A stretch of 64,000 nt of DNA from an uncultured Chloroflexia bacterium (GCA_963813535.1 CAWEZH010000002.1:1-64000); one strand, 5' to 3'; positions 1 to 10,540 are shown, counted from the first letter of the stretch. Notes: a model not told the origin generated them from the sequence alone. Numbers and translations are program-made.

Positions 1-1293
1 CCCCTCGCGACCCCCACAGCGGCGACGATGTTCAGGCTCCCCGCACCCGCCTCTATCAGTCCGCTCCCCGCCACGCGGCTGCTCGTGAACTGCAGCAGCA
101 GCTTCGACTCCCGGGGCCTCATCGGCCGCGACTCCAGCAGCAGCGCCGCGGCTCCCGCAGTGACGGCGCACGACATGCTCGTGCCGCTCAACTCCATCTG
201 CACGTCCGCGCCGCGCCCGACGACCCGCTCCGGGATAAGTCCGCGGCAGGTAGCCGTCCCGCGGCACGGCCGACACCAGGCGGTTGCCGGGCGCCACGAG
301 CTCCGGCTTCAGCACCCCGTCGATCATCGTGGGCCCGCGCGAGCTGTAGGTCGCCATCACATCGTCGGACCGCACGGCGGTCTGAAGCGTGTTCAGCGCC
401 CCCACGGTCAACGCCGACGGGGAATTGCCCGGCGACCAGATCCCCCCGACGATCGGCGTTCCCTCGAGCGTCTTGCCGGCATTGCCTGCCGCGACGGTCA
501 CGAGCATCCCCTCGTCGGTCGCGCGCTTGACGGCCTGGCACAAAGGATCGTCCTTCTCCGACTGCAGGATCGGATGCCCGAGCGAGAGGTTGATGACCTT
601 GATGTTCCACTCGCGGCGATGCTCGATCGCCCAGTCGAATGCGGCGAGCACGTTGCTGGTCTGCCCGGAGCCGTCGGCCCCCATGGTCTTGAGGCTGATG
701 ATGTGGGCGCCGGGAGCGACCTCCGCCACGAGCCCCGCGACGTGCGTCCCGTGCCCGTTCTCGTCGCGTCCGCGGAGCCGCGTGTCGTCGGTGAAGTCCA
801 GGCTGAGCGCGACGCGCGACGCCACCCGGGGGTGACGCGGATCGACGCCCGTGTCGATCACCACGACTCCGACGCCCCGGCCGGAGAATCCTCGCGGCCA
901 GGACTCCGCCCCGCTCCACACCTGGTCGGCGCCGATGGCGGTCGTCGTCACGCTCATGGTCCGCACCGGCACGTCGCCAGCAACCGCCGCGACGTCGGCG
1001 TCCTCACTGAGATCGGCCAGCTGACCGCCGGTCACCTCCAGCACCGCCCCATTTCGCAGCCGCTTCTTGACCCGTGCGCCATACCGTGTGGCGAGTGTGT
1101 CGACCTCGGTCTCCCCAGCCGTGACGATGATGTCGACAGGCGCGTCGGCTCGGACGGCGAGCCGCTCCGAAAGGTCGCGGGAGAGCCGGGCGCGCTGCTG
1201 CCCCGCCTCCGTGCTAATCGCAGACACCAGCAGCAACGAAAGGCTTGCGATGACGACGACGAATCGCTTGATGCCGATCTGTGTGTGGGTCAT
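1..1293 (-). CDS. Secreted S8 (subtilisin-like) serine peptidase, runs off the window start, one apparent frameshift near 233
   Basis: Manual minus-strand translation from ATG 1293 gives a signal peptide (MTHTQIGIKRFVVVIASLSLLLVSA), GVGVVVIDTG (Asp), NGHGTHVAG (His) and, after a one-base shift, LSGTSMS (Ser) and GAGSLNI. Missing from the ORF track because it leaves the window. Confidence 0.9.
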   Translation of the reverse strand, partial: MTHTQIGIKRFVVVIASLSLLLVSAISTEAGQQRARLSRDLSERLAVRADAPVDIIVTAGETEVDTLATRYGARVKKRLRNGAVLEVTGGQLADLSEDADVAAVAGDVPVRTMSVTTTAIGADQVWSGAESWPRGFSGRGVGVVVIDTGVDPRHPRVASRVALSLDFTDDTRLRGRDENGHGTHVAGLVAEVAPGAHIISLKTMGADGSGQTSNVLAAFDWAIEHRREWNIKVINLSLGHPILQSEKDDPLCQAVKRATDEGMLVTVAAGNAGKTLEGTPIVGGIWSPGNSPSALTVGALNTLQTAVRSDDVMATYSSRGPTMIDGVLKPELVAPGNRLVSAVPRDGYLPRTYPGAGRRARRGRADGVERHEHVVRRHCGSRGAAAGVAADEAPGVEAAAAVHEQPRGGERTDRGGCGEPEHRRRCGGREG

Positions 1294-1336
1294 AGACGCC
1301 GCCAACTCAAAATCGCAGGGTGTATCCGGACCAAAG

Positions 1337-1351
1337 GCAGCGTTCGTGCCA
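1337..1351 (-). promoter_or_regulatory. Candidate sigma54 (-24/-12) promoter for the S8 peptidase
   Basis: Minus strand TGGCACGAACGCTGC has exact GG-N10-GC spacing, about 45 nt upstream of the ATG. Confidence 0.6.
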
Positions 1352-1604
1352 CACTCAACCGTTGCAGTCGGAGGCAAATTGTAGAGAGCACGAGCGAACT
1401 GTTTGGTCTACTATGGACATTCCGGGCGAGCGGCTTGATTGCTATCAACGCTCGGCCGTAACGGTTTCGCGCCCAGAGAGCCAAGAACTTGGCCTACCCG
1501 CCAGGAAAAAGGGGTCGGGAATCGCATACCCGGCGAAAATGCCGATAAGGAGGTCGATTGCGACCGGCCAAGCTGTTGGCCGGTGCGTTCCTCACGTGGC
1601 CACC

Positions 1605-3323
1605 ATGCTCAAACCGCTCCCGGCGATTGTTCTCGCGGGGCTCGTTCTCGCGACCGGCTGCCGTTCGTCGGAGGCGCCCTCGACGTCTCCGTCGTCGTCC
1701 GCGCCAGCCGGCGGAGGCGATCTCGTCGCCTCGGTCCGGTCCGAGCCCGCGACGTACAACCGGTTGCTCCCGAACGGCCAGAGCGCCGCGACGGAGGTTT
1801 TCACGCTGCTCACGCAGGCGCGCCTCGCGCGCGTGAATCGCGTGACGGATGAACTCGAGCCGTGGCTGGCCGAAAGCTGGGTGCTCTCGGCCGACGGGCT
1901 GACCTACACGGTGACCCTCCGCCCCGACATCAAGTTCTCGGACGGCGTGCCGTTCACGTCGGCTGATGTGATCTTTTCGTTTCGCGCGGTCTACGACCCG
2001 GGGGTCAACAGCTCGCTCGCGGCGGGAATGACGGTCAACGGCAGGCCGATCGAGGCCACGGCCCGCGACGCGCGAACCATCACACTGCGCTTTCCCGAGG
2101 TCTTTGCGCCCGGCGTGCGGGTGCTCGACAACCTGCCGATCCTGCCGAAGCACCGGCTCGAGGCCGCGCTCGCCAGCGGCGATTTCGCGAAGGTCTGGTC
2201 GCCCTCGCGTCCGCTCTCCGAGATCGCCGGGCTCGGACCCTTCGTGCTCACCGAGCACGTCGCAGGCCAGCGGCTGGTGTTCGCCCGCAATCCCCACTAC
2301 TTCCGCCGCGACGGGAACGGCCGCCAGCTGCCGTATCTCGATCGCCTGATCCTGGCGGTTACGCCGGATCAGAATACGGAAGCCCTGCGGCTCGAGGCGT
2401 CCGAGATCGACCTGATGACGAACGCTGACATCAGGCCGCAGGATTACTCGGCGTTCAAACGGCTGACGGATCAGGGGAAGCTCAGGATGATGGACGTCAG
2501 CGTCGGGCTCGACCCCGACTTCCTGTCGTTCAACCTCAGGCCCGCGCGCGCGGCACAGCGCCGTGCGCCGTGGATGGGGCAGCGGGATTTCAGGCAGGCC
2601 ATTTCGTGCGGCGTGGATCGGCAGGCGATCGTGAACACCGTCTACCTGGGCGCCGCGGTGCCGATCTACGGACCCGTCACTCCCGGCAACAAGCGGTGGT
2701 TTTCCGCCGACGCTCCCTCGTGCGCGCTCGATCGCGCCAAGGCCGCGGCGCTGCTGACGAGCGCCGGCCTGACGGACCGCAATGGCGATGGCCGGATTGA
2801 GGACGCGGCGGGCGCCGCGCCAAGGTTTTCGATCATCACGCAGGCCGGTCACCTTCGCGAGCGGGTGGCGTCCGTGCTCCAGGAACAGCTGCGTCAGCTT
2901 GGGATTCAGGTCGACATCGTCTCCCTCGATCCCGGCGGCATCGCGCAGCGATGGCAGGCCGGAGACTACGACGCGATCTACTTCGGGCTCCAGACGAGCT
3001 CCACGGATCCGGCGCTGAACCCGGAGTTGTGGCTCAGCTCGGGGCCATTTCACTTCTGGAACCCGTCGCAGAAAGTCCCCGCCACCGACTGGGAAAAGCG
3101 GATTGACGAGTTGATGCGCACGGTCGCGACCGCTCCCGATCTGCCGGAGCGTCAGAGGGCGTTCGCGGAGGTGCAGAAGATCATGGGCGAGGAATTGCCC
3201 TCGATCTACTTCGTCGCGCCGAGAATCTCCATCGCGACGACCGCGCGCGTCGTGAACGCGACGCCGGCCCCGCAGGTTCCACAACTGCTGTGGAGCGCGG
3301 ATACGCTCGCGAGGGCGCGATAA
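1605..3323 (+). CDS. ABC transporter substrate-binding lipoprotein, family 5 (OppA/DppA-like)
   Basis: Lipobox LATGC after ATG 1605; family 5 signature LAESWVLSADGLTYTVTLRPDIKFSDGVPFTSADV; GLGPFVL. Confidence 0.92.
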   Translation: MLKPLPAIVLAGLVLATGCRSSEAPSTSPSSSAPAGGGDLVASVRSEPATYNRLLPNGQSAATEVFTLLTQARLARVNRVTDELEPWLAESWVLSADGLTYTVTLRPDIKFSDGVPFTSADVIFSFRAVYDPGVNSSLAAGMTVNGRPIEATARDARTITLRFPEVFAPGVRVLDNLPILPKHRLEAALASGDFAKVWSPSRPLSEIAGLGPFVLTEHVAGQRLVFARNPHYFRRDGNGRQLPYLDRLILAVTPDQNTEALRLEASEIDLMTNADIRPQDYSAFKRLTDQGKLRMMDVSVGLDPDFLSFNLRPARAAQRRAPWMGQRDFRQAISCGVDRQAIVNTVYLGAAVPIYGPVTPGNKRWFSADAPSCALDRAKAAALLTSAGLTDRNGDGRIEDAAGAAPRFSIITQAGHLRERVASVLQEQLRQLGIQVDIVSLDPGGIAQRWQAGDYDAIYFGLQTSSTDPALNPELWLSSGPFHFWNPSQKVPATDWEKRIDELMRTVATAPDLPERQRAFAEVQKIMGEELPSIYFVAPRISIATTARVVNATPAPQVPQLLWSADTLARAR

Positions 3324-3355
3324 CGGCGCGACCGTTTCGCGCCGACAATCACGCC

Positions 3356-4305
3356 GTGGGCCGCGGACTCCTGCGCTTTCTCGTCCGGCGCGCATTGTTC
3401 GGCGCGCTCCTCGTGTTGCTCGTCTCGTCGGCGGCGATGCTGCTCGTCGACCTCGCACCGGGCGACGCCTTGACCGCGTTCGACGTCGATCCTGCGATGG
3501 CGGCGGCTGAACGCCACCGGCTCGGTCTCGATCGTCCATTCATCGCGCAAACGGGTCGTGGCTCGGGCGCGCGGTGCGATTCGATCTCGGGGAGTCGCTC
3601 AAGTACCGGAGGCCCGTCGCGCAGCTCGTCGCGGAGCGCGCGCAGAAGACGACGCTCCTCGGCGCCGCGGCGCTGCTCCTCGCGACGATCGTCGGGATCC
3701 CCGCTGGAATCATCACGGGCAGCCGTCACAACCTGCTGACGCGCGCGGCCAGGGGGCTGTCCCTCATCGTCCTGTGCGTTCCGTCCCTCGTCACGTCGTT
3801 CGGTCTCCTGCTGATCGCGTCGCGAACCGGCTGGCTTCCGGTCGGCGGGTTCTCGTCGGGCGATCAGGGGACGTTCTGGCTCACGACGGGCCGGTACCTC
3901 GTCCTTCCAACCATCGCGCTGGCGTTGCCGATCGCCGCGACTCTCGAACGCTTGCAGTCGCAGGCCATGCACGACGCGCTGCAGGCGCCGTCGGTCCGTG
4001 CCGCGCTGGCCCGCGGATGCTCGATGACGCGCATCGTCTGGCGCCACGCGTTCAGGCTCTCGCTGACGCCGGTACTGGCGATCTACGGAGCGATCGTCGG
4101 CAGCGTGCTGAGCGGCTCGTTCGCCGTGGAGATCGTCACGTCGTGGCCGGGCCTGGGGGCGCTGATGTTCGAGGCGCTCGTCGCGCGTGATCTCTTCCTC
4201 GTCGCCGGGTGCGCCGCGGTGGGCGCCGTGTTGCTGGCTCTCGGCATTCTCGTGTCCGACATGGCGCTTGCGATTGCCGATCCCCGGGTGGAGGAGCGCG
4301 CGTGA
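3356..4305 (+). CDS. Peptide ABC transporter permease (OppB/DppB-like), frameshifted near 3560-3580
   Basis: N-terminal APGD...LGLDRP in one frame, then FDLGESL, EAA-loop-like ALARG and GSFAVEIVTSWPGLG in the next frame. Confidence 0.88.
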
Positions 4306-5335
4306 TCGGCGAACCGAACGCCGTCGTACACCCGGCGGGACGCCGAAGCCGTCACTGGGGATTGCTGATGTGTCTCGCGCTCGCCGCACTGGGCATCGCG
4401 GGACCATGGATGACGCCCCATCGTCCGGGCGATCAGTTCGCGGAATTCGTCTACGCGCCGCCGATGATCCCGCGCGTCATCGACGCCGCGGGCCGCCCGC
4501 GGGCGCCGTTCGTCTATCCGCTCGTCCTCGAAGATCGTCTCGCACGACGCTATGCGGAGGATCAAGCCGCCGCCTTCCGCTCCGCTGGTTCCGCCAGGGC
4601 GCGCTGGTGTCCGTGGATCCTGATCGGACCGCGCCATGGTTCCCGTTCGGCACCGATGCTCTCGGGCGTGATCAGTTCGCCCGCCTCGCGGGCGGCACTC
4701 GACTGTCCTTGGCGTCGCGCTGGTTGGCGCGCTGGGGGCGCTCGTCCTCGGCGCGTTGGCCGGGAGCATCGCGGCCCTCTCGGGGCGGGGAATCGACGAC
4801 CTCCTGATGCGCGCGTCCGACTTCGTGATCGCCCTGCCAGGCGTCTACGTGGTCCTCGCGCTTCGTGCGTCCATGCCTCTCGTTCTGACGACGCCGCAGG
4901 TCTTCTGGACGATCGCGCTCGTCCTGGCCGCGGTCGGCTGGCCGTTTGCGGCCAGAGGCGTCCGGGCGATCGTCGCTTCGGAGCGGACCAGGGAGTACGC
5001 AGAAGCTGCGCGGGCGATCGGCGCAAGCTTGTACGCGGTTGCTGCTACGGCACTTGCTGCCCGCCGCCCTGGGATTTCTCGTCGTGCAGACAACCCTGCT
5101 GCTGCCGGCGTTCGTCCTCGCTGAAGCGACCCTGTCCTTCGTCGGCCTGGGCTTCGGCGAGCCAAGTCCGAGCTGGGGCGCCATGCTCCGAGACGCCGGT
5201 CAGGGACGAGCGATGGTGGAGGCGCCCTGGCTTTTCGCTCCCGCGCTGACAATTGTGTTAGCCACGCTGGCCGTTCATCTCACCCTGGGGTCGAATCCGC
5301 ACTCGCCGCGCCGGCAATCTCTCCTAAATCACTGA
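4302..5335 (+). CDS. Peptide ABC transporter permease (OppC/DppC-like), three apparent frameshifts
   Basis: Pieces across four ORF-track entries: FGTDALGRD, EYAEAARAIGAS, RHLLP, EATLSFVGLG...PSWG. Shifts near 4575, 4705 and 5035. Confidence 0.85.
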
Positions 5336-5580
5336 TTCCAAAGAATCTGACATTTTTGCGCAGAGTGTTCCAGAGCTGCACTCGTGTACCTGAACAGTGC
5401 ATTTTCAATAACTGCTTTACTTGCTAGAGCTTAACAAGAGCATTGCAGGAACTTACAACTTTGGTTGTCCCGAAGCGGCTCACCACGTGTGAGCGCGGAG
5501 CGCCCACGCACAATTGGTCTGAACTCGCAACTTATTCAGCCACCAGTATTTACTGGGCTCTTGGCACCCTTGCTCATCCG

Positions 5581-5596
5581 TGGCCCTGTGCTTGCT
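5581..5596 (+). promoter_or_regulatory. Candidate sigma54 promoter upstream of the GNAT gene
   Basis: TGGCCCTGTGCTTGCT has GG-N10-GC spacing with TTGC, and is preceded by an AT-richer 250 nt region that could hold enhancer sites. Confidence 0.5.
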
Positions 5597-5659
5597 CTGC
5601 CGTTGGCTGTCCCAACGTGTCCGCGGACATAGACGACTGCGATCAAGGGCGAATCACAA

Positions 5660-6321
5660 ATGCTGAACACGCTTCGACAAGTAACGAGCGCTCGCACTCA
5701 ACTGCCGCTGGCGCAGGCGACACCCGACGCGCATCTCGCCACCGATTGGCGCCAGGCGCTTCCCGTTCTCTCGAACGGTGCCGTGACGCTCCGCGAGTTG
5801 AGGGCTTCGACGCGGCTGCGCTCCTGCACCTGATGACGAACGAGGAAGTGTCGCGCTTCATCTCGCCGCCGCCGACGACAGTCGAGGGTTTCGAGCGCTT
5901 CATCGCGTGGGCGCAGCACGAGCGCGCCGCCGGCCGCTATGTCTGCTTCGCCGTGGTGCCTGCGGGCATGGACACGGCAGTCGGCATCTTTCAGGTGCGC
6001 CAGCTCGATCCTGGATTCGCGACCGCCGAATGGGGGTTTGCGATTGGCCAGTCCTTCTGGGGCACGGGCGCGTTCAAGGCGGCGGCGCAGCTGACGATTG
6101 ATTTCGCGTTCGACGCCGTCGGCGTGCTTCGTCTCGAGGCTCGCGCGGTCGTCGAGAACGGACGCGGCAATGGCGCGCTCGCAAAGATTGGCGCCGTTCG
6201 CGAAGCGACGCTCCGCCGGAGCTTCCTGCGCAACGGCCGCTTCCACGACCAGGCGCTCTGGTCGATCGTGCGCGACGACTGGCGGAGAGCGAAAGCGGTG
6301 TGGGGCGCCGCGGTTCATTGA
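5660..6321 (+). CDS. GNAT N-acetyltransferase, RimJ/RimL family, frameshift near 5808
   Basis: DWRQALPVLSNGAVTLREL from ATG 5660 joins DAAALL...AEWGFAIGQSFWGTG...RLEARAVVENGRGNGALAKIG. Confidence 0.85.
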
Positions 6322-6427
6322 GGAGGCTCATTGACTCGACCCACCGCCTGCGATCAGGCGGGTATCCATGAACGTTGCGACTGCCACCACTTCCGGTAGG
6401 CGGAAGGTATTCAAAGGACGAGATCCG

Positions 6428-7189
6428 ATGCGTTTTCGAGAGAGACTGAACTCATGGTTGACCCCGGCGCTGGCGCTGGTGGCGGTGGTGGCGCTCGCTG
6501 CGCCAGCCAGCGGCGGCCAAGCCGAACCGCCAGCACGGCCGGGGGAACCAGAAATACGAAAGATCGATCGCGAGTTGAAGTCTCGCTCGGGTCGGCTGGT
6601 CGGGACCTCCCGCGTGATCATCATGCTCAAGCCGGGGCCACGACGACAATGCTTCGCGGGAAGTGCGAAAGCTTGGCGGCCGGCTCGGACGGGAAGTCTG
6701 CGGGCGATCGACGGAATGGTTGTCGAGCTGCCCAACCGCATGATCAAGGCGCTGGCCGAGCGCTCGGAAGAGCTCAGCATCCACTACGACCGTCCGATCG
6801 CGATGCACCTCAATCGCGCGGCGGCGGCCGTCGGTGCCCGCGCCGCGACCTCGCAGTGGGGCTATGACGGCGCTGGCGTCGGCGTCGCGGTTATCGACTC
6901 CGGCATCGCGCACTTCCACGACGACCTCGGTTACGAGGGCTGGTCGAGCAAGGTTCGCGTCGTTGCCGGGCAGCGCGTAACGGCGTTCGTCGACTTCGTG
7001 AACGACAACCCGGTGGTGTACGACGACAACGGTCACGGCACGCACGTGGCCGGCATCATCGCCGGCAACGGCTACGACGACGTGCCCGCGCCGGCATCGC
7101 GCCCGCGGCGCACCTCGTCAGCCTCAAGGTGCTCGACGGGCAGGGCAACGGCGTCATCAGCGACGTCATCGCCGCGTTCGAGTGGGCCC
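6428..7189 (+). pseudogene. Second S8 peptidase, N-terminal half only (frameshifted, truncated at the junction)
   Basis: Signal peptide, GVGVAVIDSG, DDNGHGTHVAGIIAG, then KVLDGQGNGVISDVIAAFEW. No GTSM catalytic Ser region follows. Confidence 0.85.
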
Positions 7190-7731
7190 GCTACTCGCTG
7201 ATCGATCCCGATGCCGATGTCGCGGCCGAGGCCGCCGCCTTCCGGCCGGCATTCGGCCACCTGGCGATGCTCATCCAGATCCCGGGCGTCGACGTCGTGG
7301 AGCGTGTCGAACAGGAGAAGGGCAGCCCCCTGACCGACCACGAACGGGCATCGCTGGACCAGCGAGCGGGTGCGGCACGGGGTTGGCTCGACACGTACGC
7401 TCCCGAGTCGGCGCTGCTCACGATCCAGCGCGACGGGGTGCCGCCGAGCGCCGGCGAGCTGGACGCGGCGCAGCGCCGCTTCCTGGCCAGTCTCGCCGAG
7501 CGCGCGTCACGCGAGGAGCCCGCCACCGGCGATGCGTGGCAGACCTTGATCTTCACGGTGGCGACGGAGGAAGGTGTGCCGGGCCGTCGAGCGTTCGAGG
7601 CCATCTATCGCGCCTTCCTCGATCGTGCCAACGGCCCGCGGGCAGGGTGGCTGCTGGCCAGCCTGGACCGGGCGTTCGTGACGGGTCGTGCAGCCGAGGC
7701 GGCTGGAGCGGCCGGTGGAGCGGCCGCATGA
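7190..7731 (+). pseudogene. lysS: C-terminal (anticodon-binding) fragment of class I lysyl-tRNA synthetase
   Basis: RPAFGHLAMLIQIPG, ARGWLDTYAPE and AFEAIYRAFLDRANGPRAGWLLASL match the class I LysRS C-terminus. The catalytic domain is absent. Stop overlaps the serS start (ATGA). Confidence 0.8.
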
Positions 7732-9074
7732 GCGTCGGGCTGCAGCGTCTCAGGGACGAGCCGGACGCCATCCGCAAGGGCGCGGTCGACAAGGGCGAGG
7801 ATCCGGCGATCGTCGACCGAGCGCTCGAGCTCGATGCCCGCCGGCGCCAGCTGCTCGGCGAGAGCGAGGGGCTGAAGGCGGAACGGAATGCTGCCTCGAA
7901 GCGGATCGGCGAGGCGATCAAGGGCGGCGCGTCGCCCGACGGTCCCGAGGTCGCTGACCTGAAGGCGGCATCGGTCGCGGCCGGTGAGCGCATCACGGCG
8001 CTCGACGCCGAACTCGCGGAGGTCGAGTCGGCCGCCGAGGATGCGCTGTTGCGGATCCCCAACCCGGCCGACCCTGACGTGCCGATAGGCGGCGAGGACG
8101 CAAACGTCACCGTCCGGACCTGGGGCGAGATCCTGGCCAAGGACTCGCCGGTCGATGGCGAAGTCGGTGCCGACGCGCCCGCGGGCGGCGCGACGTGGTC
8201 CCGCAAGCCCCACTGGGAGATCGGGGAAGCGCTCGACATCATCGACAACGCCCGCGGCGCGAAGATCGCGGGCTCCGGCTTCCCCGTCTACAAGGGCTCC
8301 GGATCGACGCTCCAACGGGCCCTGATCTCGTGGTTCCTTGACGTCCACACGCGCGAGAACGGGTTCACCGAGGTGTGGCCGCCCGCCGTCGTGAACACGG
8401 CGTCCGCGACGGGCACGGGCCAGATCCCGGACAAGGAAGACCAGATGTACGTCGTCACCCGGGACGAGCTGTACCTGGTCCCGACGGCCGAGGTGCCGGT
8501 CACCAACCTCCACCGCGACGAGATCGTCGAGGCGAGCGACCTGCCGATCCGCTACGCCGCGTACACGCCGTGCTTCCGGCGCGAGGCGGGCGCGGCCGGC
8601 AAGGACACGCGCGGGATCCTGCGCGTCCACCAGTTCGACAAGGTCGAGATGGTGCTGTTCGAGCGTCCGGACGAGTCTTCGGCGGCCCTGGAGTGGATGA
8701 CCGAGCGTGCCGAGATCCTCCTCCAGCGGCTCGGTCTGGCGTATCGCGTCCTCCTGATGAGCACCGGGGAGATGGGTTTCGTGCAGGCCAAGAAGTACGA
8801 CCTCGAGGTCTGGTCGCCGGGGGTCGAGCGGTGGCTCGAGGTCAGCTCCTGCTCGAACTTCCGTGACTATCAGGCGCGCCGGATGGCCATCCGCTACCGA
8901 CCCGAGCCGGGCGCCAAGCCCGAGCTGGTGCACACCCTGAACGGATCCGGGCTGGCGCTGGCGAGGGTTGTCGCGGCGCTGCTGGAGACGTACCAGCGGT
9001 CCGACGGATCGGTCGAGGTGCCCGAGGTCCTGCGGCCCTACCTCGGCCGCGACGCGATCACCCCGACCGCCTGA
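7728..9074 (+). CDS. serS: Serine-tRNA ligase
   Basis: N-terminal coiled coil, LVPTAEVP, CFRREAG, RVHQFDKVE, EVSSCSN, HTLNGSGLA. Confidence 0.98.
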   Translation: MSVGLQRLRDEPDAIRKGAVDKGEDPAIVDRALELDARRRQLLGESEGLKAERNAASKRIGEAIKGGASPDGPEVADLKAASVAAGERITALDAELAEVESAAEDALLRIPNPADPDVPIGGEDANVTVRTWGEILAKDSPVDGEVGADAPAGGATWSRKPHWEIGEALDIIDNARGAKIAGSGFPVYKGSGSTLQRALISWFLDVHTRENGFTEVWPPAVVNTASATGTGQIPDKEDQMYVVTRDELYLVPTAEVPVTNLHRDEIVEASDLPIRYAAYTPCFRREAGAAGKDTRGILRVHQFDKVEMVLFERPDESSAALEWMTERAEILLQRLGLAYRVLLMSTGEMGFVQAKKYDLEVWSPGVERWLEVSSCSNFRDYQARRMAIRYRPEPGAKPELVHTLNGSGLALARVVAALLETYQRSDGSVEVPEVLRPYLGRDAITPTA

Positions 9075-9399
9075 GTCGCCAGACCCAGGCGGCGATCCAA
9101 CCGGTCGCGGCGAACGTTCCCCATCGCTGGCCCGCAACGGCAAGACGGTGCTCGGCACGCTCGTCGGTCACGAGCCACAGCGCCACGGCTGCCGTCAGCG
9201 GACCGAACGGGTGGTACCGGAACGAGTCCGACACCCGGCCATGCCCGAGGGCCTGCCACGAGCGGGTCAGCCCGCATGAGGGACACGGCACTCCGGTGAC
9301 CCTCCGGAAGAGGCACAGCACCGGGCCGTCGTGGACCGCCCGATCAGGCAGGACGGCGGCACCGACGAGAGCGGCCGATGCCAGCGCCCGTAGCCGCAT
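9058..9399 (-). CDS. DUF2752-type membrane protein
   Basis: CLFRRVTGVPCPSCGLTRS motif; TGATG overlap with the upstream TM2 gene. Confidence 0.85.
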   Translation of the reverse strand: MRLRALASAALVGAAVLPDRAVHDGPVLCLFRRVTGVPCPSCGLTRSWQALGHGRVSDSFRYHPFGPLTAAVALWLVTDERAEHRLAVAGQRWGTFAATGWIAAWVWRLRRSG

Positions 9400-9779
9400 C
9401 AGGTTCGGCGCAGAGGCAGCCCGTTCGCGTCGGGCAAGCGGCCCATGACGATGAGGATCAGGTCGATCAACGCCCAGATCCCGAGGCCACCGCAGGTGAT
9501 GAGCTTGAGGATCCCGAGACCGGTGTAGCCGAGGTAGAACCGGTCGATGCCGAGGATGCCCACGAACAACGAGAGCAGCACGGCGGTCAGCCAGTCCTTG
9601 TCGGAGAAGACGCCCGGAATCTCGGCTGCCTGGAACCACGTCCCCGTCCCGTCGCCGCGCTTGACCAGCGCCGTCGACTTGAGCATGCCGCTGCGGGCCT
9701 GGGCCTGCAGCTCCACGGCGGTGAATGGGCCGTCTTCCGATCCCATCCGCTGTACGACGTAGTTTTCGGGTCCAGTCAT
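9399..9779 (-). CDS. TM2 domain protein with N-terminal GYF-like domain
   Basis: GPFTAVEL...W N-terminus; KDWLTAVLLSLFVGILGIDRFYLG...GGLGIWALIDLILI. Confidence 0.9.
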   Translation of the reverse strand: MTGPENYVVQRMGSEDGPFTAVELQAQARSGMLKSTALVKRGDGTGTWFQAAEIPGVFSDKDWLTAVLLSLFVGILGIDRFYLGYTGLGILKLITCGGLGIWALIDLILIVMGRLPDANGLPLRRT

Positions 9780-9860
9780 GGCGTCCTCCCGGATCTCTGC
9801 GTGCCGTCAAGCATAGCCACGTGGGCGTTCGTGGACCGCGACCGCTGCTACGCTTGCAGA

Positions 9861-9950
<90 letters not shown>

Positions 9951-9960
9951 CCACGTGCCG

Positions 9961-10179
9961 ATGGCTAGCGGAGCGTCGCCTCGGTCCACGGTGCCGCCGG
10001 GTCTGTGCGGCACATGCCGCCATTCGCGGATCGTCGAGACCCGCCGCGGATCGACGTTCCGCCTGTGCGAGCGTTCTGCCAGCGACCCGCGGTTCCCCCG
10101 CTATCCGCCGCTGCCCGTTGTGCGATGCGCGGGCTACGAGCCGCAGCGGACGTCTTCGTCCGGACCGGCGCCTGCTTGA
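9961..10179 (+). CDS. Small Cys-rich hypothetical protein (possible metal binding)
   Basis: GLCGTCRH...FRLC...DPRFPRYP...C pattern with four Cys and GC3-rich codons. Confidence 0.7.
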   Translation: MASGASPRSTVPPGLCGTCRHSRIVETRRGSTFRLCERSASDPRFPRYPPLPVVRCAGYEPQRTSSSGPAPA

Positions 10180-10204
10180 CGCTCCGCGCGGCCCGACACA
10201 TACT
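10176..10204 (+). promoter_or_regulatory. Sigma70-type promoter of the trp leader
   Basis: TTGACG-17 nt-CATACT immediately before the T-box. Confidence 0.6.
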
Positions 10205-10220
10205 CCGCCGACATCACGAA

Positions 10221-10523
10221 AAGCGGGCTATGAACGGGACGAGTACCCGTCGAGCGTCGGCAGAGAGACCCGGTGGCTGGTGGAAACCGGGGCGACGACG
10301 GCGGCGAATGGACCCGGGAGCCTCCGGACCGAACGGCACGCGGGCGACCGCAACCCCAGTAGGCTCCGGCGCAGAGCGCCAGCGATACAGGGCAGCGCCG
10401 ATCGCCAGGGAACCGGCCGACGACCGGAAACCGGGCCGTCGGTCACGGAGTGCGGCACAGCCGAATGAGGGTGGCACCGCGGAAGGCACGACCTTTCGTC
10501 CCGGGGACGATCGGTCGTTTCTT
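10221..10523 (+). promoter_or_regulatory. Trp-specific T-box riboswitch with terminator
   Basis: AGAGA box, GGTGGAA loop, specifier GAA-TGG-A (Trp codon at 10309-10311), T-box GAGGGTGGCACCGCG at 10467-10481, terminator hairpin 10488-10518 plus TTCTT, directly upstream of trpE. Confidence 0.93.
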
Positions 10524-10540
10524 GATTCTCGAGGCCAGCG

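Noticed and set aside
28-1461. 477-aa + strand ORF
   Set aside because: Antisense shadow of the minus-strand S8 peptidase; no recognisable motifs.
6340-6410. Two hairpins before the second S8 gene as a riboswitch
   Set aside because: No recognisable aptamer consensus, and the region is error-prone.
7129-7731. Novel protease-synthetase fusion protein
   Set aside because: Both halves lack catalytic parts and the flanks differ in error rate, so a chimera explains it better.
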